Virus record (IMG/VR): IMGVR_UViG_3300028832_000135
Span: 6,057-70,056 of that record
Origin: a virus
Taxonomy: Duplodnaviria; Caudoviricetes
Length of the DNA stretch: 64,000 nt
Strand: one strand, 5' to 3'
Shown: positions 36,661 to 47,100 of the stretch, piece by piece
Layout: each line of letters opens with the position of its first letter
How positions within the stretch are numbered: the stretch's first letter is position 1
The notes under the pieces: generated by a model
The model's input: the letters and a program-made list of their open reading frames with translations, nothing else
Database searches by the model: none
What the model was told of the DNA's origin: nothing
Program-made: the position numbers and the translations under genes

Positions 36661-37371
36661 TCAGTTTGGGAGTTGTCCACGCATCTGCAATTCCTGTATT
36701 AACGCTCTTGCTTTCGGTGAGTCAATATAATATTTTTGATTGACGCTCTCTTCAAGAACATCTTTAAGTCGTATGTCTAATGGTCTGCCTTTAGGGAATG
36801 AAAATACCTTATGCTCTGACTTAAGAATACTTACCATAAAGCATCTTTCTCTGTTCTGTGGCACTCCAAAGTCCTTTGCATTGAGTATCTTATACTGGCT
36901 CTCATAGCCTTTCTTCGCCAAAAATGTAGTCCACTCTCCGAATAACTGTGCATTGTCCTTACTAACTACTTGCGGTACATTCTCCATTAAGAGATATTGA
37001 GGTAACTCCTCACACTCATTAAGAAGTCGCTCTACTTCCCAAAGCAAACTTGACCTTGTTCCGCTATCTCTCTGCATACCTGCTTGTTTGCCCGCCAACG
37101 ATAAATCGGTACAAGGAAATGAGTATGTCAAAAGATACTTGTACTTATCTGTTTCCGTGATATTCAAATCTGATGCGTGAATGTCACGAATATCGCTAAC
37201 TTCAAAATTCGTTCCGTGGATTTCGTTGTAAGATTGCATTGCATACTTATCGAACTCGCATACAAACCAATGCTCAAACGGAATACCAGAATACCTCAAG
37301 GCTAATGCTTGTGAGCCTTACTAATAGCCTGCAAAGAGTTCTATCAGTCGGATAGTTCTTTTGTCAGACAT
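36661..37371 (-). pseudogene. C5 cytosine MTase catalytic module (motifs I-VIII) interrupted by in-frame TAG TAA
   Basis: MSDKRTIRLIELFAGY**GSQALAL...SFPCTDLS...MENV...QNRERCF. Confidence 0.8.
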
Positions 37372-37391
37372 TTACATCACCACCTTCCTTT

Positions 37392-39761
37392 TTACTCCTC
37401 ATCTTCGTCTTCATCTTCATCTTGATACCATTCAATCTTCTCTCCATACCAAGCCTCTGTTATCTCAACATCACACTTGATTGGCATATTGAGGATTTCT
37501 TCTGCGGCGTGTGACATAACCTCTGCGAGTAGTTTAGAACACTCTTTTGCGTTCTCTTTCGGGCACTCCGCAATGATTTCATCGTGGACCGGGATTAACA
37601 TTCTAAAGCCTAACTCCTTAAGTCTTTCATTGGCATAGAGTTCAATCATTGCCAACTTTGTAAGGTCGGCCGCACTTCCCTGGATACGGGCGTTGACGCA
37701 TTGCCTTGTAGCATCTCCAATCCTGCGACTGTTATCCGTGATGACCAGGTGCTCTTTCTTTGCTTGCTCGATTATGCGATTTCTGCTCTTATATCCTCTC
37801 GCATTTGCAAGGCGGTTAAGATAGTACACTTGCTTTGAGTGTGGTACTTCAATCTCAAGCAAATCAAAGTCAAGTAAGTCACCTTCGGGTTCGTACCCTT
37901 TCTCCCAAGTGATTGAATATTCGGGTAATTGCAAATCGGGAAGTCTTCTCTTGCGTCCGCAAACGGTAGTAACATATCCAAATTCTCTCGCCATTTGTAA
38001 CGACCTCTGCTCAAAGTCCTCGATTGCGGGAAAACCTCTAAATACACTATCCTTTATCTGCTGTGCTTGTTCTTCTGTGCAACCTAATTGTTCTGCAATA
38101 CTCGCAATACCTCTGCCGTATAGTACGCCCAACAAAATTGATTTCGCTTGTGTGCGTCTCTCTTTATACTCGGGTGGGTTCTTCTCACCAGTCAAGGGGT
38201 CAAACTCAAGGCACTCTTCATAAGGCACATTAAAAGCCTTACTTGCGATTTCAGAGTACAAGTCCTTACCCTGCATAAATGTTTCAAACATCTGACTATC
38301 ACCGTCACGTCTGCACAATGCGGCAAGACATTTCGGCTCTTGTTGCGAAAAGTCCGATGACATCAGCACATAGCCAATTGTAGCCATAAACATCGGGCGA
38401 ATATCCTTGTTATGGCTCGGAATGTTCTGCAAGTTAGGGTCGGAGGAACTAAATCTGCCTGTGTCCGCCCCATACTGATTGAACTTACAATGAAGTCTAT
38501 GGTCATTGGGATTAAGACATTCGGGTAACTTATCAATATATGTTGTAAGCAACTTCATAATGCCACGATACTCAAGCACCGCATCTGCCAATGGCATCTT
38601 AAATGACTTCAATATCTTGTTGCCCGTACCTCTCGGTTTCTTTCTGTCATTAGATACACAACCCAATATATCGTAAAACAATATCGCCAACTGTTGCGGA
38701 CTTGAGATTTTCACCGGGTTATCCAGTTTGCACCCTGGGTGTGTAGCCCTATACGCCTCGATTTGGTTCCCATACTGTTCCAAAACCTGATAGTAATTGG
38801 CAAGTGCCTTTTCTTCCATTGCGTGATACTTTACTGAGAGTTCTCTTGCGTATAAGACATCAAGGGACACGCCTATATCTTCCATATCAACAACGACATC
38901 TACTATCGGCATCTCAATGTTAAAGAATGTATAGGACACGCCATTTAAGCCGTCACGGTCATCAATGTCACAAGTAGGGTCATAATACAACAACGATTTC
39001 TGAAAGTCATAATACTCATAGGTAATCTTTGAGTCGTGGGCCGCATATAATCCGCCCGCTCTTATCGGAACGACATTAAACTTTATCTTCTTAGGGTCAA
39101 ACAAGTCATCAAATGCAAACGCATCTTCTTGGTCGTGCAAGACATACTTCCTATGCAACTTCTTGAGTCCAACCTTGCCCGTCATCTCGTACTTCTCATT
39201 TTCATTAAGAAGACGGCTACCGATGGAACAATCCCAATAGCAATGAAGTCTTACGCCTAAACTATGCTTGATTACTCTCAAGTCAAATGGGGCGTTGAAC
39301 ATAATTATCTTTACAGCCGTGGAAATGAGCCTTTTTAACTCTTCTCCAACCTCTTGTGCGGATAATTGGTTATCTATTCGCTCAAGCGTTATATGCGATA
39401 TGTGATTGATTGGAACATAACAAGTCTTCTGACCCGGAACGAACAAACTTATGCCCACACACTCATCAAGCATTGGGTCAAGTCCAGTTGTTTCGGTGTC
39501 TATCGCTATTTCCCCGTACTCAATCGCTGCGGTGATGTAGTTGTGCAGCTCGGTCTTATCCCGGACGATGAGTGTTTCCTTTTCGTATTTACCTAACGCA
39601 CTAAGCACTTTTGAGTTGATATTAGAAATGAGCGTGGCAATGCCCCCACCGCCTTTAATAACAGTGGGGGTCTTCTTCTTGCTCTTGCTCTTTGCCGTAC
39701 TTATTACGGCTATATCTGCACTCTTATTGGTGCGTGGGGGAAGATTAAATAAAGGGGTCAT
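37392..39761 (-). CDS. polA: Family A DNA polymerase with 3'-5' exonuclease
   Basis: IAIDTET; YAAHD; TGRFSSSDPNLQNIP; DFSQQEP; KSILLGVLYG; IQGSAAD; VHDE. Confidence 0.97.
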   Translation of the reverse strand: MTPLFNLPPRTNKSADIAVISTAKSKSKKKTPTVIKGGGGIATLISNINSKVLSALGKYEKETLIVRDKTELHNYITAAIEYGEIAIDTETTGLDPMLDECVGISLFVPGQKTCYVPINHISHITLERIDNQLSAQEVGEELKRLISTAVKIIMFNAPFDLRVIKHSLGVRLHCYWDCSIGSRLLNENEKYEMTGKVGLKKLHRKYVLHDQEDAFAFDDLFDPKKIKFNVVPIRAGGLYAAHDSKITYEYYDFQKSLLYYDPTCDIDDRDGLNGVSYTFFNIEMPIVDVVVDMEDIGVSLDVLYARELSVKYHAMEEKALANYYQVLEQYGNQIEAYRATHPGCKLDNPVKISSPQQLAILFYDILGCVSNDRKKPRGTGNKILKSFKMPLADAVLEYRGIMKLLTTYIDKLPECLNPNDHRLHCKFNQYGADTGRFSSSDPNLQNIPSHNKDIRPMFMATIGYVLMSSDFSQQEPKCLAALCRRDGDSQMFETFMQGKDLYSEIASKAFNVPYEECLEFDPLTGEKNPPEYKERRTQAKSILLGVLYGRGIASIAEQLGCTEEQAQQIKDSVFRGFPAIEDFEQRSLQMAREFGYVTTVCGRKRRLPDLQLPEYSITWEKGYEPEGDLLDFDLLEIEVPHSKQVYYLNRLANARGYKSRNRIIEQAKKEHLVITDNSRRIGDATRQCVNARIQGSAADLTKLAMIELYANERLKELGFRMLIPVHDEIIAECPKENAKECSKLLAEVMSHAAEEILNMPIKCDVEITEAWYGEKIEWYQDEDEDEDEE

Positions 39762-40480
39762 TAGAATGGTCTGCGTGTGCCTTCTCCGCTTGCGGGTGTT
39801 CTTCTTGCAAATCCGCCACCATTACTTGTGGGTGCGGACGGTGCGGGTGTACTCGGTCTTCTCTGTGGTGCTTCCATACCAAAGTCACCAGTGTCCACAA
39901 AGTTCTGCATCTCCTCTGCGGTCTTGTCGAGAATGATTGTACCAACGGGGTCATTCACCTCAAAATCTTCAAGGCGTACACCCTCATCTACGCCAGTTTC
40001 ATAAATCTCATAAGTTGTCTGTGTGTCACCAGCCTTACCATTACGCTCAATCTCAAAGATGTGAGAAACGGTATTAGGGTATCTTGACACAATAGATGTC
40101 AACTTAGAGCCGAACTTCTTGCCTCTCTCCCAAGTCATAAGAGAGTCTACGGGTGTTACGATAGGTGGTACTCTGTCGGGGTGCTCGTTATTGGTCTTGA
40201 TTGCCATAACATACAACGGAACAAAATACTTAACCTGCACGAATGAACCTGCCTTGCAAAGTGGACAAGCATCAATGGGGTCGCCATACTCTCGTAAACA
40301 ATTAACATATCGTTTCTTGCCATTGAGGTCGATTTCGTGAACTGATTTGCCGTCAACATCGTCAATTCCGTTATACAGAAGTCTTACCTGTGCAACGTCC
40401 TTGTCGTTCTTGAGTGACAAAAATCCGCCACCGCCATTTCCACCATAATTCTCTGCGTCTCTTACATTAAAACTTGCCAT
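39761..40480 (-). CDS. ssDNA-binding protein (gp32-like)
   Basis: GGFLSLKND...CLR...CPLC...WERGKKF; disordered C-terminus ending in RRPF; adjacent to polA. Confidence 0.7.
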   Translation of the reverse strand: MASFNVRDAENYGGNGGGGFLSLKNDKDVAQVRLLYNGIDDVDGKSVHEIDLNGKKRYVNCLREYGDPIDACPLCKAGSFVQVKYFVPLYVMAIKTNNEHPDRVPPIVTPVDSLMTWERGKKFGSKLTSIVSRYPNTVSHIFEIERNGKAGDTQTTYEIYETGVDEGVRLEDFEVNDPVGTIILDKTAEEMQNFVDTGDFGMEAPQRRPSTPAPSAPTSNGGGFARRTPASGEGTRRPF

Positions 40481-40543
40481 ACGATTTTTCTCCTTTCATC
40501 GGGTCAATGTTTTTATACTCAAGGCATTTCGCCTTAAATAGCA

Positions 40544-40852
40544 TTAAGCATTATGAGATGTAAAATCCTCTGCATTTGCAAGGACATCTCTAATAACATT
40601 GTTATAGTTAGACTTATTACGAAGTGCTCTCTTAAACAATGCCATTGCAAGTCCCTTTTCCTTGTCAAATGTGTCATTCTTACCACACTTAACTACGGTC
40701 TTCTTACCACTCTTCCAAAAAACGATTGTTGCGTTATCCCTAAAGATAACTCTATCAAAAACATCTCCGTTTACAAAGAGTTGAATTTCTGACCAATCTT
40801 TCTTCTGCTGATTACCCTTTTTTGTGGGATTTACTGACTTTTTCGTTTTCAT
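40544..40852 (-). CDS. Conserved phage hypothetical protein
   Basis: ATIVFWKSGKKTVVKC...FDKEKGLAMA. Confidence 0.7.
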   Translation of the reverse strand: MKTKKSVNPTKKGNQQKKDWSEIQLFVNGDVFDRVIFRDNATIVFWKSGKKTVVKCGKNDTFDKEKGLAMALFKRALRNKSNYNNVIRDVLANAEDFTSHNA

Positions 40853-40889
40853 AAGTTTTCTCCTTTGTCTGTTTTTTAGTGATGGCTTA

Positions 40890-40918
40890 ATCATACATTA
40901 ACAGTTAATGTTTGTCAA
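40890..40918 (-). promoter_or_regulatory. Promoter TTGACA-17-TATGAT with palindromic spacer CATTAACTGTTAATG
   Basis: Read directly. Confidence 0.65.
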
Positions 40919-40924
40919 TGAATT

Positions 40925-41146
40925 TTACACTTTTTCTCTGTGATAATTTATTGGGGTATCAAATGTTGTCTGATTATATAAAGGCGTGTCCGCAACCGTT
41001 TCGATTATATTAAGCAAGTCGTTATACATATCACTCTCATAGGTTACTTGAAAGCACACCTTACCGTCCGCTCTCATCAATTTGATTGGAGTTTTATCAA
41101 GTCTTCTTAAAATTTTCTGTGCGGCAACAATCTGTTTCTGTGTCAC
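40925..41146 (-). CDS. Hypothetical protein
   Basis: ORF track; follows primase. Confidence 0.55.
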   Translation of the reverse strand: MTQKQIVAAQKILRRLDKTPIKLMRADGKVCFQVTYESDMYNDLLNIIETVADTPLYNQTTFDTPINYHREKV

Positions 41147-42139
41147 TTAAAATACCTCGCTTAAATCTCTGATTTCTTCATCGGTACATTCACCTATGTC
41201 CTTGCGTCCGGGCGGCAATATCACCTCTGTTATTATCTTATTCTTAATTTTCTGTCTGACTCTTTCTGCACCATCTCTCCCGGCTTTATCTGCATCAAAC
41301 GCCAGGACCAACTTCCTTGTAGGCACCTCTGCCAACAGTTTAATCTGGTAATCACTGTATAAGCAACCAAAGCCTGCTACTGCATACTTCCTATTGCACC
41401 ACAACCTCAACATATCAAATAACCCTTCACATACATATATCTCTTCCGCTTGGTGATGTCTACTATCCGCCAACTCTCTTATCTGCAAATCAAACAAAAT
41501 CTCATACAATCCGTACAACGGCTTTTCCATATCTTTAGGTAGGTCAAACCTCTTCGTCTTTATTGACCGCCTTGCGATAAACAAGGTCTTACCAAAGTCA
41601 CTATCGTGCCATTGCCTAATTGGAAAGGTAATGCTATCCGTCTTTCTGTCATACCCTAAGTCAAAACGCTCTATAATTTCGTCTGTAAGTCCTCTTTGAT
41701 ACAAATATGGGTGTGTATATCTGTAAATGTCTAACTCTTCGTCAGGCACAAAATCTGCGTGTTTCTCGATAGGTGTATGCTCTCTGCTTATGTCATATGT
41801 TATCTCCTTACGGTTTTCAACTTTCACTATCGCAAAATTCTGTATGAGCCACCTAAATCCCCATATGGGGTCAGTTCTTCCAAAACAATTCGCAATCATC
41901 TCGTCCAGTCCGACAGTCGTGCCGCACGCCAGACAGTGTAGCAGTCCGTCAGATTTCCTGATGCCCGCACTGGGTCTGCGTTCTTGTCCGTCCTTATGAT
42001 AAGGACAGCATACCATTATGTCATCTCCGCTATCGAACATCTTGTAAAAACGCTCAACTCCATTCTCGGCTAATTGAGATTTAAGCTCCGTTAAGATGTC
42101 CATAAGTTCCACATCAAATTGTATTCCGTTAATAATCAT
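41147..42139 (-). CDS. dnaG: DNA primase (CHC2 Zn finger + TOPRIM)
   Basis: CCPYH...HCLACG; VCEGLFD; AFDADKAG. Confidence 0.92.
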   Translation of the reverse strand: MIINGIQFDVELMDILTELKSQLAENGVERFYKMFDSGDDIMVCCPYHKDGQERRPSAGIRKSDGLLHCLACGTTVGLDEMIANCFGRTDPIWGFRWLIQNFAIVKVENRKEITYDISREHTPIEKHADFVPDEELDIYRYTHPYLYQRGLTDEIIERFDLGYDRKTDSITFPIRQWHDSDFGKTLFIARRSIKTKRFDLPKDMEKPLYGLYEILFDLQIRELADSRHHQAEEIYVCEGLFDMLRLWCNRKYAVAGFGCLYSDYQIKLLAEVPTRKLVLAFDADKAGRDGAERVRQKIKNKIITEVILPPGRKDIGECTDEEIRDLSEVF

Positions 42140-42759
42140 ATGCCGTACTTCTCCAAGTTTTCATCTGTTCCAAGTATTGTGTATTCTGTTATGTCTATAA
42201 CTTTATATACCGGGTAACTCCCCGTTGGGAATGATAATACGTCCTCATAATCTTCGTAAAAAACATCAATCCAATGTCCCTGCACGCCGGGACCAGTGTC
42301 CTCCGCCACAAATACCCGGTCAAATTCAGGTATGTAGTAAGTGTCTCCGTAACTCCCAACACGCAAATCTATCGCAACCGTAGTGGGTTCCGTATATCTG
42401 TTCTCCCAATCTGCTCTATGACAAGTAGCACCGCTGCTCGTCTGCCAACTTCCGCCACACTCGGCTGGACAGTATGCCGTCACAAAATATGTTCCAAGAT
42501 ATTCTATCTCCATATCGTAATAGGTAACAAGCATCTCGTCTATGGTTGTCTGCATATTTTCGTGAAACTTAAGGCTAAAACAAAATATCTTTTCTGTCGG
42601 TTTATCGGTTTCAAGTGTTCTCGGTAATCTCGGTACATAAAAGTCGTGTATGCTAAAGTCGGTATATACCCGTGGCTTTTCTCTGTATGCCAACACCGCA
42701 AACAAGATGAATAATAATGCCAATGACAGTAGCATCACACACTTATCAAAGGTCTTCAT
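42136..42759 (-). CDS. Membrane-anchored 3D-domain protein (peptidoglycan hydrolase-like)
   Basis: N-terminal TM; VTAY...VAID...AEDTG...WIDVF. Confidence 0.8.
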   Translation of the reverse strand: MKTFDKCVMLLSLALLFILFAVLAYREKPRVYTDFSIHDFYVPRLPRTLETDKPTEKIFCFSLKFHENMQTTIDEMLVTYYDMEIEYLGTYFVTAYCPAECGGSWQTSSGATCHRADWENRYTEPTTVAIDLRVGSYGDTYYIPEFDRVFVAEDTGPGVQGHWIDVFYEDYEDVLSFPTGSYPVYKVIDITEYTILGTDENLEKYGI

Positions 42760-43526
42760 TTAGGTTCTCCCTTGCCACAAGAGTGTTCCCCATAGTAGAG
42801 CCAACACTTTCTGCCGTCCGGGGGTATGCAATAATACTTGTCATTTCGTTTATCCACCAGGCAACCAAACTTACACTTGTTACAGGTCACTCCCGGTGCC
42901 TTGTAGTTAAACAGTCCTATTCTTCGTGCTTTCATAGTGCTCTCCAACAATGGTTGTCCTATACGGGTCATAGTAAAGGTCTTTCTGACCCACCCACTCC
43001 ATTAGGCTTCTCATCAAGTAAACTATCAAGTTTATCAAACTCTTTAAGGTGCCCATACATTTATCTTCACCCAAATCATCTATGTTTTCCCTTTAACCAA
43101 TCTTCAAATTCTTTCTCTGTCTTGTCGTAATGGTTACATAAGTGAGAATGAGTCTGGAACGCATCTTGACATCTTGCGTGTGACGGACACTTAAAGCAAC
43201 CCTTACCTACTGTAATTATATCGACATTAGGTTTCTTATTGTACTCGTTAGTAACACCTTGAATACCCTCGTTTATCTGTCTTACGGCCTCCGTCACCGC
43301 TTTCTTATCCTCATAAGCAATCAACGCATCAATATGCCCTTGTGTAAGATAAAGACTATCCCCGGTTTGAAGTATCAGTACCGAGCGATGTAGCGGCTTA
43401 AGCGGCATTGCTCTTGTTCCAGTAGTTTCATCGTGAACAACAAGTGTAAGTCCACCGTCATCAAGTCTAAAATCCTTAAGGAACTCATCATCTACTATTG
43501 CCAGGTATTTCATTCTTCATCACCGC

Positions 43527-43703
43527 CTATTTTGTGTACTCAATAATCAATTCTTCGGGTAATTCTTGTCCCGTCTTGATTAAATAGCCTTTACAACCAC
43601 ATTTACATTCACAATCTTTTAACCATAATTCTGTCGGTCTAACATTTATAAATCTTGCAAGGCATTTAATACAAATCAATTCTTCGACTGCATATTCTTC
43701 CAT
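43527..43703 (-). CDS. 58-aa Cys-rich protein, copy 1
   Basis: MEEYAVEELICIKC...CECKCGCKG; near-identical to 62816-62992. Confidence 0.75.
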   Translation of the reverse strand: MEEYAVEELICIKCLARFINVRPTELWLKDCECKCGCKGYLIKTGQELPEELIIEYTK

Positions 43704-44061
43704 ACATTCACCGCATATTTGCACCGCAATTCGGGCAAAAGTTATCAGGGATTTTATCACCCTCTCTGTCGGTATTGCAGATGGACTCATTACACCTATT
43801 GCAACGAATGTGGTGTCCGTCAATTATCCACCTGCCTTTCGGTCTTCGTGCTTGGTCTAACTTTGTTATTATTCGGCAACCCGCACACCCGCCTTTTAAG
43901 TCTTCTAAAAACTCATTTTCTTCAAGTGCTTGAACTGCCATATCCAATGCAGAATTGAGAATACAATCACCGCAATCGCCAACAAGAGAATTAGCACAAC
44001 TACTGCAATGGAAGTTTCTTCTTGACAATATTTTAATAGCCTCGTCTCTACTAATCATTAT

Positions 44062-44156
44062 TCATTCACCTTCTCTCATATCTGCACCACAATGACAGAA
44101 TGGATAATCTTCTATTGTTTCACCACAAATGACATTGATACTTCTGTATCTGTCAT
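44062..44156 (-). pseudogene. Chimeric remnant: MTDTE start out of frame with a Zn-ribbon tail (ICGETIEDYPFCHCGADMREGE)
   Basis: Manual translation of both frames. Confidence 0.55.
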
Positions 44157-47100
44157 TCTTTCTCTCCTTTACTATATGCGGTAACTCTGCCGCCGTTAAG
44201 GTGTTGTACGATATATGCACAGGTAGGACATAATGATTTTACCGTTTCGATAGGTTCTGTCATAAGTATTACACCTACTTTAGTATTGCACCGCAAACAT
44301 CTTATCTCTGTGGATTTATACTGTTTCATTCTTTATTCTCCTTACTTACTCTTAAACAATAGTCTGTTGTGATAATTCCGCCACTAAATTGTCTTTCAGG
44401 TACATACCAAGGACATTCTTCTTTGTAGCACTCTGCAAAATATGTCTTTACTACTTGCATATCTTCATTTACTTTTGCCATAGCCTTTATTGTTTCAACT
44501 GTTGTTATGGTCTGATATGGGCATTTCATTCTTTATTCTCCTTAGAGGTCTGTATGATAGCATCTATCGCACGGGTGAAAACTTCATCAGGTGCTATTGT
44601 ATAGTTATAGTTTTTCCAAATGTTTACTAACTCCGCTATGATTTCTGTATCAGTCATTCTTTGTTCTCCTTACTCCAATGTCTGCACCAACCCTCCATAC
44701 ATCTGACATAACCTATGTAGGAACCATCAATATCACAATGACATTCTATTTCTGGCACTTCTCCAGTTCTTATATTGTGTCTGCAATTACAACAGACTTT
44801 GCCGTTTTCAACGCTCATCGTCATTCTCCTTGTTCTCCTTATTAAGCGGCTCTCCCGTATACCAACGGCAAGGTTCTTTTTTGCCAAAACAACCAACTTC
44901 ACTAACTTCAAAGTAATCGCAATATTTACACGCCTCACAAATCATCGTCATTCTCCTTATCAGCCTCAATTACTATTGGAGCGTTTATATATGGCTCAAT
45001 AGCAATTTCGGGGTATTCTGTAAATAGTTCATTACGGTCAATCAAATCTCCGTGTCCTTTTGGAATAATTGTGCAACTTTGAAACGCCTCGGTTATACAC
45101 TGGTCTAACCTATCGTGTCCGATAAAATATAAACGACCTTGACGAATTGCATTAAAATCATCTGCGGGTATATCAATTACAACTTTCATTCTTCTTCCCC
45201 CTTTTCGCACCCGTCACACTTCCCGAAATGGTCACAAGTGACACAATTAGGCTTGTGCATATACGCACCGACATTTTCCTTGCCATTGATTTGCATTGGC
45301 GCACCACAATTACCGCAGTATTTCATTCGCCACTTAACAAAATAACCGTCATTACAAGGGCAACAGACATGATAAAAACCGCCAACATATTCACCGCCAA
45401 CCCATTCATCGTGTCTTGCCCACACGCCTTGCGGTCTTTCTTCTTTTGCGTCTTTGTAGCCGTCTTGATAACCTTTCTGATAATCTGTCATTCTGCACCG
45501 CCTTTTAGAAATTCATCTAATTTTTTAGTGCAGTCAGCACAAAGTTCAAAAGTATGGTCTGTGTATTCATATCCACTCGGATTGCCATAAAATAATTTTC
45601 TAAAGTGGAAAAAGTTTCTAACCTTTATACCTTTTCTAAAATAACCTGCAACATTAGACAATCTGTACTCAAACGGCTTTCCACACCTATCACATACTAT
45701 CTGTTCAAGTTTACTCATTCCGCACCGCCTTTCATAAATCACCCATAGAACCAAAATCTTTATAATCAGGGACATACTTATTTTTGAATATCTTGCACAA
45801 ACAATCTCCGTTCTCTTTTTGAAAAGGACATTCATCACATCTGAACTTCAAATCATCAAATCTTTCGTAATCATTTGAATAGCGACAAAATGTCTTTGTA
45901 AATAAATCCAAAAGATGAACTGATTTCTGAATTTCCTCACTATCCATTGCTTCATAACTAATTTTAATCATTCCGCACCGCCTTTCAATTTTAGTGAATT
46001 AGCCTATCGTCATTTTTGCACCGCATTTACAGCAATAGTTCAAATCTTGCGGTATGCCCGTTATTTCGTGACCGCAAAAAGGGCATATATAAGACAAACC
46101 TAATTTGTCTATATTTTTTATCCATTCACCTTGCGGTCTTTCGTCAGGCTCTCCAAAACGCTCTTTCCACCCGTCTGTATATCCGTGTTCGTATGCGTCT
46201 TTAGCAACTACTTCAATATCGGTTTCAATTGTCGGGGCATTGTCGATAATTGCGTCAATGCAATCATTCCACCCTTTTTGATAGGCTTGTGTAATCTGCT
46301 CTTTCAGTTTTCCGCTATGTCTACCACCAATTACTTTGACTTGTGGCGACAAAAACTTGTGTTCTTTCAATTCCTTACGCTCAATCAATTCTCCGTGTCC
46401 TTTTGGGAGAACTGTTCCGTGTAAAATAGAACTATATACTGTTCCAATCGTTGTATTTTCTGAATATCTCTTGTCCCTCTTAACCATATCGCAAACACGA
46501 ATATAGTCTTCTTCGGGTATATCAATCACTATTTTCATTTTTATCCTCCCCCGGAGTTCCCCAGCAATCGGGTGTAGTTGCCCACCAGGACCGACACTCA
46601 CTGATGTAAGGACAACCCCTGCAATCCTTATTCGTATGCAAGCGTTCCATACAGAAGTTGGAAATGGCACGAATTGCGTCATCTACCGCCTTTACTCTCT
46701 TTGCTTTCATCTATCTTCTCCTCAAGCAACTCTATTGCCAAATCAAGTGCGTCCATATCTCCCTTTATGTAACAACCGCCGCATCTATCAAGATTTGCCT
46801 TAATGTCCTTAAGTATCGGTATTGCTTTCTCGTAAGTCATTCTGAACTCCTCTCATCTCTATCATCTTACTTCCGCAAGCCGGGCAGAAATCAAACAACC
46901 CTTGCTCATAATTATATTGGTTCACTATGTGAAGTTTATACTTTTGGTGGCATACCGAGCAGGAATATCCCGGAAATTGTAGTGTGCTATACTTCCAATA
47001 CCCGGTACCTCTATTAACATATGCCATATCAATACCTATTTGGGTTAGCAACTCTTATTCTGCCGTGGGTCACATATTCGTTATGCCTGAAATCATACTC

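Noticed and set aside
37318-37323. Genome-wide stop-codon reassignment
   Set aside because: All other genes are intact under code 11 and end at TAA/TAG/TGA; tRNA anticodon is UUG, not a suppressor
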